Assembly: GCA_963810935.1 (NCBI GenBank)
Contig: CAWEPK010000005.1
Coordinates: 32,001-96,000, forward strand
DNA length: 64,000 nucleotides
Reading direction: 5' to 3'
Origin: an uncultured delta proteobacterium
GTDB lineage: Bacteria; Desulfobacterota; Syntrophorhabdia; Syntrophorhabdales; WCHB1-27
Shown: one piece after another, positions 54,544-64,000 of the stretch
How positions within the stretch are numbered: position 1 is the first letter of the stretch
How the letters are laid out: the number at the start of each line of letters is the position of its first letter
Notes under the pieces: model-generated
What the model was told of the DNA's origin: nothing
Databases searched by the model: none
The model's input: the letters and a program-made list of their open reading frames with translations, nothing else
Program-made: the position numbers and the translations under genes

Positions 54544-54673
54544 TGAGGGGGTGGCTCCGCGCGCTTTGCGCGCGGAGGGGGCGACGCGAGCCCCGGTATC
54601 TTTTAATGCCTCTTCTTTTTGATGAGGGGGTGGCTCCACGAGCTTTGCTCGTGGAGGGGGCGACGCGAGCCCC
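54544..54673 (+). repeat. REP-like repeat family B, two direct 51-bp copies
   Basis: TGAGGGGGTGGCTCC-hairpin-GGAGGGGGCGACGCGAGCCCC at 54544-54594 and 54623-54673. Confidence 0.85.
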
Positions 54674-54678
54674 AATAG

Positions 54679-54708
54679 TTGACGCGCTTCACCCAAGTCC
54701 CTTACAAT
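54679..54708 (+). promoter_or_regulatory. Sigma70-type promoter of dusB
   Basis: TTGACG-N18-TACAAT, GTG 6 nt later. Confidence 0.6.
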
Positions 54709-54714
54709 TAACCC

Positions 54715-55713
54715 GTGTTTTCATTGGGCGCCCTGCAACTGTCCACTCCCGTTATCCTCGCCCCCATGGCGGGCGTGACGGACCTGCCTTTCCGGCTGAT
54801 CGCGAGGGAATTCGGCTGCCGGCTGGCCTTTACCGAAATGGTGAACGCAAGGGCGCTCGCCTTCGAGAACCGGGCGACCGTCGGCCTTCTCAGGTCCGCG
54901 CCGGAAGACCGCCCGCTGGGTGTCCAACTGCTCGGACGGGACCCGGACTTTCTCGTGCGGGCCGTCGAGACGCTTAGAGGCTACCCCTGCGACCTCATCG
55001 ATCTTAATGCGGCCTGCCCGGTCCATAAAGTCACGAAAAAGGGAGAGGGGGCAGCCCTTTTGCGCGAGCCGGCCACACTATCCCGGCTGGTGCAGGCCCT
55101 CGTCAGATGCTCGCCCGTGCCCGTCACCGTCAAGATACGCTCGGGATGGGATGCGGCATCCATCAACGCGCCGGAGATAGCAAAAATCGCAGCCGGCGCG
55201 GGGGCGGGCGCAATCTGCGTGCACGGCCGCACAAGAAGGCAGGGGTACGCGGGCACGGCCGATACGGCCGTAATTAAGGCCGTCAAGGAGGCCGTCCACA
55301 TCCCCGTCATCGCATCCGGGGACATATGGTCGCCCGACGCAGTAATCAAGACCTTCGAGACGACAGGTTGCGACGCGGTCATGATAGCAAGGGGCGCATT
55401 GGGTAACCCCTGGATATTTCAGGACCTGGCTGCTTTCTACGCGGAGGGGGAGGCGCCTGCGGGTTCGTTCTCCCTGGCAGAGCGGCATGAGGTCAGCCGG
55501 ATGCACGCCCGCTCGATAGAGGAGGTCAAGACGGTGATGGCGCGCCACCTGCGGCTGTCCGTAGCCCACGACGGGGCCGAAAAGGGCGTTATCGCTTTTC
55601 GCAAAGCCTTCGTCTGGTACAGCCGGGGGCTGCCGAACGCGCGCACCTTGCGGCCGAAGGCCGTGCGCGTGTCGGGAGTCGAGGAAATGCTGGCCCTCAT
55701 CGACGAGCTATAA
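54715..55713 (+). CDS. dusB: tRNA-dihydrouridine synthase
   Basis: LAPMAGVTD..FR, TEMV, DLN.ACP..KV, VTVKIRSGW, HGRT, ARGALGNPWIF. Confidence 0.9.
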   Translation: MFSLGALQLSTPVILAPMAGVTDLPFRLIAREFGCRLAFTEMVNARALAFENRATVGLLRSAPEDRPLGVQLLGRDPDFLVRAVETLRGYPCDLIDLNAACPVHKVTKKGEGAALLREPATLSRLVQALVRCSPVPVTVKIRSGWDAASINAPEIAKIAAGAGAGAICVHGRTRRQGYAGTADTAVIKAVKEAVHIPVIASGDIWSPDAVIKTFETTGCDAVMIARGALGNPWIFQDLAAFYAEGEAPAGSFSLAERHEVSRMHARSIEEVKTVMARHLRLSVAHDGAEKGVIAFRKAFVWYSRGLPNARTLRPKAVRVSGVEEMLALIDEL

Positions 55714-56425
55714 ACGCCTCAATCGCACGGTTGGTCTCTTCCGGCTTCTCGATCATGACCATGTGGCCTGCGCCGGGGACCACGGAAAGACGCGCGCCGG
55801 ATATCTGCGCGGCCAGGTATTCAGCGTACCTGGGGGGCGTCAGCAGGTCGTTCTCGCCTGTTATGATGAGCGTGGGGAGCGTTATGGACCCTATCTCCTT
55901 CATCATATCCACGCCGTCGCAGGCCGAGAAGTCGCCGTGAATAATCTCTTCAGGCGCAGCCGTCATCATCGAGATGCCTTCCTCGACGAGGTCCGGCGGA
56001 GCTTTTTTCGAGAAGGCAAAGCCCATAATGCCCCTTACCGCTTTCTCCTTGTCCTTGAGGATGCCTTCCAATATCTCCGGGAATACCCGAAGCCGCGCCC
56101 CCGTCCCCAGAAGGATCAGGCCGGACAGGAGGCCGGGGCGGTCGAGGGCGAGACGGGCCGCTATGGCCCCGCCCATGGAATGGCCCGCAAGGCAACACCC
56201 GGCGAGGCCGTTCTCTTCGATTGCAGCAGCCACGGATGCGGCGTAGCCGCCGATTTCCCGGCAGCCCTCACCAGGCGATCTCCCGTGACCGGGCAAATCC
56301 ATGAGGATTACTTCACATACCTTATCGAGGCCCTTTTGAAAACGCCAGGCAGCGCGGCTCCCCCCTGCGCCGTGCACGAAAAGCACCTTCTCCCCACTGC
56401 CGCATCTCTCCAGGTAGACGCCCAT
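55697..56425 (-). CDS. Alpha/beta hydrolase
   Basis: HGAGG, DLPGHG.S, GHSMGG, GH. Confidence 0.9.
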   Translation of the reverse strand: MGVYLERCGSGEKVLFVHGAGGSRAAWRFQKGLDKVCEVILMDLPGHGRSPGEGCREIGGYAASVAAAIEENGLAGCCLAGHSMGGAIAARLALDRPGLLSGLILLGTGARLRVFPEILEGILKDKEKAVRGIMGFAFSKKAPPDLVEEGISMMTAAPEEIIHGDFSACDGVDMMKEIGSITLPTLIITGENDLLTPPRYAEYLAAQISGARLSVVPGAGHMVMIEKPEETNRAIEAFIARR

Positions 56426-56481
56426 CGCAACCTCCCAGAATTGTATTGCAAAAAGACGGATAGCCATTATAGTATGACGAC

Positions 56482-56758
56482 ATGAGGGTTTTTGCAACGG
56501 CGATCGCCGTCTCCCTTCTCTTCTGCGCGTGCCAGAAAGCGCCCCACGCCACCTCCACCAAAGTCCGTCCACGAAGTACAAGCGGACGACCAGTATGCCC
56601 AGGAGCTGAACGAGATAAAGAAGAACATCAAGGGCGAGATCAGAATCAAGCTGAAAAGGGACGGAAAAGGCGAATCCTATAGCTGGGAGATCACCGGTAA
56701 AGACCCGCGCGAAATCCTTAAAGCCAACGACGTGCTGGCAAAAAAGCTAGGTAATTAG
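56482..56758 (+). CDS. Small lipoprotein; frameshift near 56543
   Basis: Signal with FCAC lipobox-like site, continuing as TPPPPKSV...IRIKLKRDGK..YSWEITG in another frame. Confidence 0.55.
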
Positions 56759-56773
56759 TGAGGGAGTGAGGCG

Positions 56774-57796
56774 TTACGGATATTGCGGGAGGAACGCGAG
56801 CCCCTTCGTCTCATCGATGCCCAGGCAAACGTTCATATTCTGCACCGCCTGGCCGGACGCCCCCTTGACGAGGTTGTCTATCGCCGAGATCAGTATAAAC
56901 CGCCCGTCCTCGAAGGTCTTTACGCCGATATCGCAGTAGTTCGAGAACCGCACGAACCGCGTGTCCGGGAAAACCCCTTCATCCAGGACGCGCACAAACG
57001 GAGCGTCTTTATACGCCTCCCGGTAGAGGTCGAGCAGCTTTCCTGACGGAACGTATTGATTAAGGCTCCCGTATATAGTCGTCAGGATGCCTCTGTTTAT
57101 AGGCAGCAGATGAGGTGTGAAGGTCGTCGTGACGTCAGCAAGCTTCGACAGCTCCTTCTGTATTTCCGGCTCGTGCCTGTGGGTGCCGACGCCGTATGCC
57201 CGGAAGCCTTCCGCGACTTCGCAAAAGAGGTTCCCCACCTTTGCCTCCCGGCCCGCGCCGCTCACGCCGGACTTAGAATCGACGAAAATGCGCCCGCCGG
57301 CCAGACCGGCCTTAAGCATGGGGTAAAGGGCAAGGATGGCGCTCGTCGGGTAACAGCCCGGATTCCCCACCAAGCGCGCACCCGAAAGCTTTTGCCGATG
57401 GATCTCAGGAAGGCCGTAGACTGCCTTCGGCAACAGGTCTGCGGCGGGGTGCGGACCGTAGGTCTTCTCGTAGAGGGCTTTGTCTTCGAAGCGGAAAGCG
57501 GCGGCAAGATCGATGATAAGGGCCCGGTCGTCGAACAGGCCCCTGGCTGCCGATGCGGAGACGCCGTGGGGCAGGCAGAGGAAATAGACGTCGCAGGCGC
57601 CCTTGTAATCCGCGTCGGTCGCCTCGAGGGGCATCTCCAGCCGCCCCCTGAAGAGGGGGAAGACCTCCGAGATCTTTTTCCCCCTGTAAGTGTTCGACGT
57701 AATAAGTGTGACTTGCACGTCGGGATGACCGAGCAGAATGGACAGGAGGACAGCTCCCGTATATCCGGTGGCCCCGAGGACCCCTGCGCGCAACAT
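56774..57796 (-). CDS. argC: N-acetyl-gamma-glutamyl-phosphate reductase
   Basis: GATGYTG, NPGCYPT, KSGVSGAGR, HRHEPEI, DNLVKGASGQAVQN. Confidence 0.96.
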   Translation of the reverse strand: MLRAGVLGATGYTGAVLLSILLGHPDVQVTLITSNTYRGKKISEVFPLFRGRLEMPLEATDADYKGACDVYFLCLPHGVSASAARGLFDDRALIIDLAAAFRFEDKALYEKTYGPHPAADLLPKAVYGLPEIHRQKLSGARLVGNPGCYPTSAILALYPMLKAGLAGGRIFVDSKSGVSGAGREAKVGNLFCEVAEGFRAYGVGTHRHEPEIQKELSKLADVTTTFTPHLLPINRGILTTIYGSLNQYVPSGKLLDLYREAYKDAPFVRVLDEGVFPDTRFVRFSNYCDIGVKTFEDGRFILISAIDNLVKGASGQAVQNMNVCLGIDETKGLAFLPQYP

Positions 57797-57802
57797 GGTC
57801 TG

Positions 57803-58195
57803 TTATCTCTTGGAGAACTGGAAGCTTGCCCTTGCAGCCTTCTTCCCGTACTTCTTTCTTTCCTTGACCCTTGGGTCTCTGGTGATGAGACCCTGTTTCT
57901 TCAAAAGTACCCTGAGTCCTGCGTTGAACTCGAGGAGCGCTTTCGCTATTCCGTGTCCGAGGGCCCAGGCCTGGGCAGGCACGCCGCCGCCGTAGATGTT
58001 GGCGACGACATCGAATTTGTCGGCGTTCCCGGTGATCGCGAAAGGCTTATTGACCATCAGGCGCCACTCTTCCAAGGGAAAATAATTGTCGAGGGTCCTG
58101 CCGTTGACGACGTAATGGCCCTCGCCCGGCTTTATCCATACCCTCGCAACTGCGGTCTTCCTTTTCCCCGTTGCGTAAAACCTCTTATCAGGCAC
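57803..58195 (-). CDS. rpsI: 30S ribosomal protein S9
   Basis: [30 protein letters not shown]. Confidence 0.97.
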   Translation of the reverse strand: MPDKRFYATGKRKTAVARVWIKPGEGHYVVNGRTLDNYFPLEEWRLMVNKPFAITGNADKFDVVANIYGGGVPAQAWALGHGIAKALLEFNAGLRVLLKKQGLITRDPRVKERKKYGKKAARASFQFSKR

Positions 58196-58634
58196 TCCTT
58201 ACCTCCTTCACGTCGAGCGTCTCGGGCATCTGTGCCTTGTGGGGATGCTCACCCCCCCGGTATACCTTCAGCTTCTTCAGCATCCGTCTCCCGAGCGCGT
58301 TCTTGGGAAGCATGCCCTTCACCGAAAGCCTGATAATATCTTCCGGCTTAGTGGCAAGAAGCGTCCTTGCGTTCACCTGCCGCAGCCCCCCGGGGTAACC
58401 GCTATACCGCGCATAGGTCTTCTGATCGATTTTGTTGCCGGTCAGCCGCACCTTTTCTGCGTTGACTACGACCACATAGTCCCCGGTGTCGGTATGCGGA
58501 GTATAGATGGCCTTATGCTTCCCCCTCAGAATAGAGGCAATCCTGGCTGACAACCGCCCGAGGACGGCGTCGCTGGCATCCGCCACGTACCACTTCTTAT
58601 TCAGGTCTTCTTCTTTCGGAAAAAACGTATCCAT
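58188..58634 (-). CDS. rplM: 50S ribosomal protein L13
   Basis: LGRL, LRGKHK..YTPH.DTGD, SGYPGG, GMLPKN. Confidence 0.97.
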   Translation of the reverse strand: MDTFFPKEEDLNKKWYVADASDAVLGRLSARIASILRGKHKAIYTPHTDTGDYVVVVNAEKVRLTGNKIDQKTYARYSGYPGGLRQVNARTLLATKPEDIIRLSVKGMLPKNALGRRMLKKLKVYRGGEHPHKAQMPETLDVKEVRSA

Positions 58635-58691
58635 CCGCACACCTTTAGCTTAAAACGTAATATACTTGTGGGTCCAAGTCAAGAAAGGAGG

Positions 58692-58976
58692 TTACTTCTT
58701 TCCTGCGGCTCTCTTCGAAGCCTTCAGGGGATTGATCTTCTGCTCCTCTGCTTTAGCCGCTTTCTTTATATGTGTGGCCATCGAACAGTTTGCGTTCTGC
58801 CACTTCTGCGCCGGATAAGGAAAGTTGCTGCAATACTTACCCGTCGAGAACTCGACGGTCCTGGTGCAACCCTCACAACTCTCTATGACGGCGTGGCACT
58901 TCCCCCCATTATACGAACAGCCTGTCTTTTTCATGAACAGGCATTCAACACCTGGTTTTTGCGTCTGGCACTGCAT
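58692..58976 (-). CDS. PxxKW-family Cys-rich protein
   Basis: PAQKW, C.MATH, KINPLKASKR. Confidence 0.8.
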   Translation of the reverse strand: MQCQTQKPGVECLFMKKTGCSYNGGKCHAVIESCEGCTRTVEFSTGKYCSNFPYPAQKWQNANCSMATHIKKAAKAEEQKINPLKASKRAAGKK

Positions 58977-59292
58977 AACGGCATCACCTCCTTTTTCTAT
59001 TTCGGACGAATATTTAACTATAAATTCGCAGTAGTGTCAAATGGTTTTTCGGCCTCCCGCCTACCGGCCGGCAAAACTATTGTATCCAGACCGGAACTTC
59101 ATGGGGCAAGTGCGGCGATGGAACGCAAGCGCGGCCGGGGCGCCGCTCAAAGGCCGGCCTTGACGTACGGAGGTTGGTGCTTGGAAACATCCGGTCCCCT
59201 ATCGCGTTATTAGCACGAAAACGTTGAAACTTTAGGCCCCGTAAGGGCTTTCCCGACCTCCGGCCGTCCTTGAGAGTACCGCACGCCTCCGC

Positions 59293-59319
59293 TTAATTTT
59301 TTCCTCCGTCCGTCGATAA
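59293..59319 (+). promoter_or_regulatory. Possible sigma28 promoter
   Basis: TTAA-N15-GTCGATAA, ATG 9 nt later. Confidence 0.45.
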
Positions 59320-59328
59320 AAATGTTAC

Positions 59329-60138
59329 ATGAAAACGCTTACACCAAGGGAAGAGCTATTTTCAACAGCAGAAACGCTAAAGGTTCTGCCCACTTTAAGC
59401 ACGATTATCGACGAAGTCTTGCGCATCCTGGCTGACGATAACTCCTCTTTTCACAGCCTTTTCAATGTGGTCAGGTACGATCAGGCCATATCCTCAAAGA
59501 TCATCAGCATAGCGAATTCGGCCTATTTCAACAGGGGGTCGCAGATAGTCCACCTGGAAAGGGCCATGGTTGGCATAGGCTTCGACGAGATACGGAGGGT
59601 CGTAATGTGTCTCGTCTTCCTGAAGGAAATGCTGGGCCGATGGAAGCTGAGCCAGGAGGACCTCGCGTCCCTCTGGAGCCACACGCTCTCGGTTGCCTGC
59701 GCGGCCAAGGTCCTCGCGGAGAAAACAATGACGGAGGACCGGGAGAAGGTCTTTACGGTCGCGATCCTCCACGACCTGGGCAAGGTCCCCCTCTTCCTGT
59801 ACGGCGATCTCTACCGCAAGATGCGGGCGGAAGCGGCCGCAAACGGCGGTGACATCTGCTCCATGGAAAAAGAGGCATTTGACATCGACCATACGGAGCT
59901 GGGCCATTTTATAGCGGTAAAGTGGAGGTTTCCCGAAGAGTTTGCCGACGTTATACTGAAGCACCATTCCGGCGGAGCGGAAAGCGCCGTACCTCTCATC
60001 GACATAGTAAGGAAGGCAGACATATTCGTCGAGAGGCCGACCGTGGACCTGGGACCGGCCGGCGCGCTCTTGCGGGAAGAGGCCGCTAACATAGCGGCCG
60101 AGACAAACAGGATTTCGGAGCTGCTCGGGGTGTCATGA
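59329..60138 (+). CDS. HDOD-domain protein
   Basis: LP.L, D.AI..KI...ANSAYF, LHDLGK, H.ELG......W.FP. Confidence 0.9.
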   Translation: MKTLTPREELFSTAETLKVLPTLSTIIDEVLRILADDNSSFHSLFNVVRYDQAISSKIISIANSAYFNRGSQIVHLERAMVGIGFDEIRRVVMCLVFLKEMLGRWKLSQEDLASLWSHTLSVACAAKVLAEKTMTEDREKVFTVAILHDLGKVPLFLYGDLYRKMRAEAAANGGDICSMEKEAFDIDHTELGHFIAVKWRFPEEFADVILKHHSGGAESAVPLIDIVRKADIFVERPTVDLGPAGALLREEAANIAAETNRISELLGVS

Positions 60139-62123
60139 TGCACGCGAAAGCCCTTCCCGCCCAGTCACTTCTGTTCCAATGGGACTTCTATGAAAGGACC
60201 ATAAGCAACTACTCCGTCATCATACGGATGTTCCAGCATATGGAAACCGAGGAAGACTTCCTGTCCCATATGCCCAGGGTATTCGTCGAGGAGACGCTCT
60301 TCGACGCCTGCCAGCTCGTGCTCCGGGGCAACGGCACACAGGGCTTCTTTGCCGTGGACCGCAAGCTGCAAGGGATCGACTGGGAGGAGCTGGAGCGCGA
60401 AAAAGGCAAGCTTTTCTCTCCGGCCGTGATCCACGACGCCCTAGGTTACGGCACGCTTTACATTTATCCTCTCAAGCGGTCCATACACGTGTTCGGCTAC
60501 CTTATCTTCGGAAAAAAACAGCCTATCACCCTCGAGGCGAACATCATCCGCGATCTGGAGCTGTTGAGCGAGATCATGAACCGCTTCATCCTCCTTAATA
60601 TGCGTATAGACGAGCTTAAGAGCGCGGAGGATGCGAAGGTGCGCACCCTCGACACGCGTCTTGCCACGACCAAGACGCTCCTGGAGAACGTCATAGACCA
60701 ATTCCCCCACGCCATGTTCCTCGTCGACCGGAGTGGGGCGGTCTGCTTCGCCAACATCAACGCGAGACAACGGTTCATGGGGGGCAACGACCCTACAGGC
60801 GAGAAGATCGTAGACGTGCTGCCCGGAATTGAAAAGGGCCTGTTGGAGAAAGACCTCTTCGTCCAGGGAGAGCTGCACCACAGGCAGGGGGACACCTACC
60901 GTATCTATAACCTGGAGAGTTACCCCATAAAGGACGATCACGACGCGATATCCTTCAAGAGCATCGTTCTGAAGGACGTAGCCGACGAAAGGGCCCTCGA
61001 TGAAGAGAACATTTACAAGGACAGGATGGAGAGCATCGGCAAGCTCGCGGGCGGCGTCGCGCATGACTTCAACAACGTGCTGACCGGCATACTGGGCTAC
61101 GCCTCGCTGGTCAAGAAAATGGCGCCCAAGGAGGGCCATCTCGGAAGGTACGCCGAGGTCATTGAGAACTCCGCGAAAAGGGCGGCGAGCCTGACCGAGC
61201 ACCTTCTCAATTTCTCGAGGAGGCAGCGCGCAAAGACGATAGACATGGTCGACCTCAACAGCCTGCTCGGCGACGTGCTGTTCCTCGTCCGGGAGAGCTT
61301 CAGGACGATCAAGGTGGAAAAAGAGTTCGAGGAGCCGCTGCCGCCGGTCAGCGGCGATGCAGGCGAGCTTCAGCACGTCTTCCTCAACCTCTGCGTCAAT
61401 GCGAAAGACGCGATGGGCGAGGGAGGCACGCTCACGATAAGGACCAGCAGGGCCGCCATCGGACGTTCGGTGTACGTCGCGGTGAAGATAGAAGATACGG
61501 GCCCCGGCATCGATGACGCCGTAAGGGCAAAAGTTTTCGAGCCCTATTTTACTACCAAGACGGAAGGGACGAAGCTCGGCATGGGTCTTTACCTGGTGCA
61601 GAAGACGGTCAAAGCCCACAGAGGCTTTATCGAGATGGAAAGCAAAAAGGGCAAGGGGACTATCTTCACCCTCTATTTCCCCGTTGCCGACATTGAAAAA
61701 ACAGTTGACCCCGACCCCGACCCTTTGCCACAGGACGGTCCCGGGAAGAGGACGGTCCTGGTCGTCGATGACGAAGAAGTCGTAAGGGAGCTTCTGACCA
61801 GTTTGCTTGCGAGCGAAGGCTTCAAGGTGCTGAAGGCCGGTAACGGGACAGAAGCCGTCGAGATATTCAAGGGCAAGACGCACTCGATAGACCTCGTGAT
61901 CCTCGATATGATCATGCCGGGCATGAAAGGGGAAGAGGTGCTCAGGAGGCTGCGCCGCCTATCGAAGTCAATCAAGGTCGTCGTATCGAGCGGCTTTATG
62001 AGCGAGGACCAGCGCGACAAGCTTCGGGAATACGGCGTGGACGGCTTCCTCGACAAGCCCTACGGCGACGGCGACGCGATCAGGACCGTCAGGTCGGTGC
62101 TCGCAAACAGCAAGGAAGCCTGA
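60135..62123 (+). CDS. Hybrid PAS histidine kinase / response regulator
   Basis: LAGGVAHDFNNVL, NA.DAM, DTGPGI, FEPYFTTK, receiver LVVDDE...DMIMPG. Confidence 0.93.
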   Translation: MMHAKALPAQSLLFQWDFYERTISNYSVIIRMFQHMETEEDFLSHMPRVFVEETLFDACQLVLRGNGTQGFFAVDRKLQGIDWEELEREKGKLFSPAVIHDALGYGTLYIYPLKRSIHVFGYLIFGKKQPITLEANIIRDLELLSEIMNRFILLNMRIDELKSAEDAKVRTLDTRLATTKTLLENVIDQFPHAMFLVDRSGAVCFANINARQRFMGGNDPTGEKIVDVLPGIEKGLLEKDLFVQGELHHRQGDTYRIYNLESYPIKDDHDAISFKSIVLKDVADERALDEENIYKDRMESIGKLAGGVAHDFNNVLTGILGYASLVKKMAPKEGHLGRYAEVIENSAKRAASLTEHLLNFSRRQRAKTIDMVDLNSLLGDVLFLVRESFRTIKVEKEFEEPLPPVSGDAGELQHVFLNLCVNAKDAMGEGGTLTIRTSRAAIGRSVYVAVKIEDTGPGIDDAVRAKVFEPYFTTKTEGTKLGMGLYLVQKTVKAHRGFIEMESKKGKGTIFTLYFPVADIEKTVDPDPDPLPQDGPGKRTVLVVDDEEVVRELLTSLLASEGFKVLKAGNGTEAVEIFKGKTHSIDLVILDMIMPGMKGEEVLRRLRRLSKSIKVVVSSGFMSEDQRDKLREYGVDGFLDKPYGDGDAIRTVRSVLANSKEA

Positions 62124-62149
62124 GAAACAGACAACACCTGCGCCTTTTG

Positions 62150-62917
62150 TTATTCCTTCTTATAACCCGCGGCTATCCTTCTTCTCACCTTTTTCCACGA
62201 TGGCGTGACGAGGAAGCTTTCCTCCATGTTTTCAACCATCCGCACGAATTTCTTTAAGGGCGCTGCAAAGGTAAGGGTATCGGGCTGCACGCAGGGGCGC
62301 GCAGATACGTCGAGCATCCCGAGGACGGCCCTCGGCCTGTCTGCGTCTTTTTCGAGCCAGGGATATTGCACGATAGTCGCGCAGCCGGCCCCGAAAGGGG
62401 AGAAGACGGCGTTGGGGTCCGCCTCGTCGAACCCCGCCAGGGTGAAAAGACCGGAGAAGACGTCAGGGGCCGCGAAAAAGATGACCACGTCCGGGTAGTC
62501 CGATTCGAGGAGCTTGTCCCATCGCTTGAAGACGATGTATTTGGCCGGCGCGGTGAATGCGGGTTGTGTCCTCATCACCTCCCTGACGAGCTCAGGTGAT
62601 TTCTTGTACCGTTCCCCCTCCAGCTTCCCCGGTTTTCCGTAAGACAGAAAATATTCGAAGTCCGGCGCAAGATCGCTCGAGAAACCGAGGTACCTTTTAC
62701 CGCCGAAGCAGCCGACGGATTTGACGTCGAATGCCACGTTCTTTCCGCGCCTCACCTTTGCGATGTCCGCGATCAGGCACCTGTGTTCCGCGCCGGGTTT
62801 CGGCATGTCTGCCGCCGGCGGCTTCTCGCCCGTATAGAAAAACGTTATGGGGAGGTCGCTGCCGCCGAAATATTTCTTCCAAAGACGCTCGAATTTTTCC
62901 TTGGTCGGCATATCCAT
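62150..62917 (-). CDS. DUF169 family protein
   Basis: C.GG..YLGF, EGERYKKSPE, PF.AGC, G..D.SARP. Confidence 0.75.
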   Translation of the reverse strand: MDMPTKEKFERLWKKYFGGSDLPITFFYTGEKPPAADMPKPGAEHRCLIADIAKVRRGKNVAFDVKSVGCFGGKRYLGFSSDLAPDFEYFLSYGKPGKLEGERYKKSPELVREVMRTQPAFTAPAKYIVFKRWDKLLESDYPDVVIFFAAPDVFSGLFTLAGFDEADPNAVFSPFGAGCATIVQYPWLEKDADRPRAVLGMLDVSARPCVQPDTLTFAAPLKKFVRMVENMEESFLVTPSWKKVRRRIAAGYKKE

Positions 62918-62948
62918 AATCGATGCCTCCTTTTAATATTAGTACAGT

Positions 62949-63021
62949 TATTGGGGTTCAGCACCCCCTCCACCGGCAAAGCCGGATGGAGCCTCCCCGC
63001 TCGGCGCGGCGCTTCGCTTGC
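62949..63021 (-). repeat. REP-like repeat family B, diverged third copy
   Basis: Minus strand GGGGAGGCTCCA-TCCGGC-TTT-GCCGG-TGGAGGGGG...CCCCAATA. Confidence 0.65.
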
Positions 63022-63083
63022 TTTATTATTCCAGAAGAACGGCCCAGCCGCGCGATTGCCGCGTGCTAGACCCTTCCTTCGCT

Positions 63084-63626
63084 TTAGATGCCCCGCTCCG
63101 CCAGCTCCGCGAGCCTGTCCAGGTCTGTGCGTATCGCCTCCGGATCGAACGCGCCGCCGCCCCATTTCCACAGAAGCAGGCCGGGATTGTACCAAAACCC
63201 GAGGGGCCTGGTAATCAGCCTCGCGGGCAGCGGCGTGCCGGCCGAGGTGACGAAAAGGGCGCGGAAGTCCTCGACATCGGATAGTGCAGCCATGGTCTCC
63301 CTCACCGGTGCGTCGAGGAGCCCTACGTCGCCGCCCTGGTAAAACCGGAAATTACCCTTCACGGGGTATTCCAGGAGCAGATACGAGCTGACGGGGCCTT
63401 TCCTCTCATCCCCGAAGACACTATAACGCATGGGCCGGCCGTTGACCTTTCCGGAAAGCAGGAGCGTGCGCACGAAGAACGACACGCGGCAAGCACCCGC
63501 TTCACAGAGCGATGCGGCAACGGCCAGGTATTTTGCGTGATAACGGCGATATTGAAGCCAGGCGCCCGCTGTTATCATGGCAACTATAAAAATAAGAGAG
63601 ACTACTATAATCAGTAACGGACTCAT
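63084..63626 (-). CDS. Hypothetical membrane-anchored protein
   Basis: N-terminal TM; ATGA overlap with upstream gene. Confidence 0.6.
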   Translation of the reverse strand: MSPLLIIVVSLIFIVAMITAGAWLQYRRYHAKYLAVAASLCEAGACRVSFFVRTLLLSGKVNGRPMRYSVFGDERKGPVSSYLLLEYPVKGNFRFYQGGDVGLLDAPVRETMAALSDVEDFRALFVTSAGTPLPARLITRPLGFWYNPGLLLWKWGGGAFDPEAIRTDLDRLAELAERGI

Positions 63627-64000
63627 ACCCCGAAGGTTCCTTCCAGGACGACCGCCGCCGTCTCCACATCAAAGATCTTTACCGTGCCTTCCTTCGAATC
63701 GAGAACGCCTGCCGTCTTGCCGTAAGGGCTCGACGGGTTGGGGATCGTGGGCGTCCCCGGGTTTACGATAAGGCCCTTCCCCGCCTTCCTGATGCGCGCT
63801 ATATGGCTGTGGCCGTGCACCAGGACGGCCAGGTCGAACCTGCGTACGAAGTTTTCGAGGTCCTCGTCGCTCTTTCCATCGCCATGTATGACGAGGAGTC
63901 TTCTGCCGTCGATCTGGAGGAAGGCGTAAGGGGACATTATAGGGGTGTTGAGGACAAGCTGGTCCACGTCTGCATCGCAGTTTCCCCTGGCGATCACGAT
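63623..64000 (-). CDS. YfcE-like metallophosphoesterase (5' end outside window)
   Basis: RGNCD, HG, GHSH, NPG. Confidence 0.85.
   Translation of the reverse strand: MVIARGNCDADVDQLVLNTPIMSPYAFLQIDGRRLLVIHGDGKSDEDLENFVRRFDLAVLVHGHSHIARIRKAGKGLIVNPGTPTIPNPSSPYGKTAGVLDSKEGTVKIFDVETAAVVLEGTFGV

Overview
Chromosomal window from an anaerobic bacterium; gene content suggests Desulfobacterota, possibly Syntrophorhabdaceae-like (inference only). 1-18.2 kb is a Wzx/Wzy exopolysaccharide cluster, almost all on the minus strand: gmd, fcl, short OPX plus beta-barrel, a secreted glycoside-hydrolase-like protein, flippase, glycosyl-, methyl- and acetyltransferases, with an ops-like element in the leader. 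18.4-48.2 kb is housekeeping and metabolic (proS, eno, larA-like, ilvD, glcD-like, AOR, rpoZ-gmk, tlyA-dxs-ispA-xseB) and hides a lipoprotein seleno-rhodanese with in-frame UGA and a SECIS hairpin. 48.3-53.7 kb is a decayed island at the tRNA-Cys 3' end: an HD dNTPase-like gene plus a wHTH gene, a possible type III R-M remnant, an integrase remnant, and an IS110-family element. The element's ends are defined by an interrupted PC4 gene, and its 3' non-coding region contains readable candidate bridge-RNA guides matching its own target and donor. Then tRNA-Gly/tRNA-Cys separated by Gly-acceptor microhelix repeats, dusB, argC, rpsI-rplM, HDOD plus hybrid kinase. Many genes carry single-base frameshifts, about half at AGCT(C), and are probably sequencing artefacts rather than true pseudogenes. 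All calls are by eye from motifs; no searches were run.
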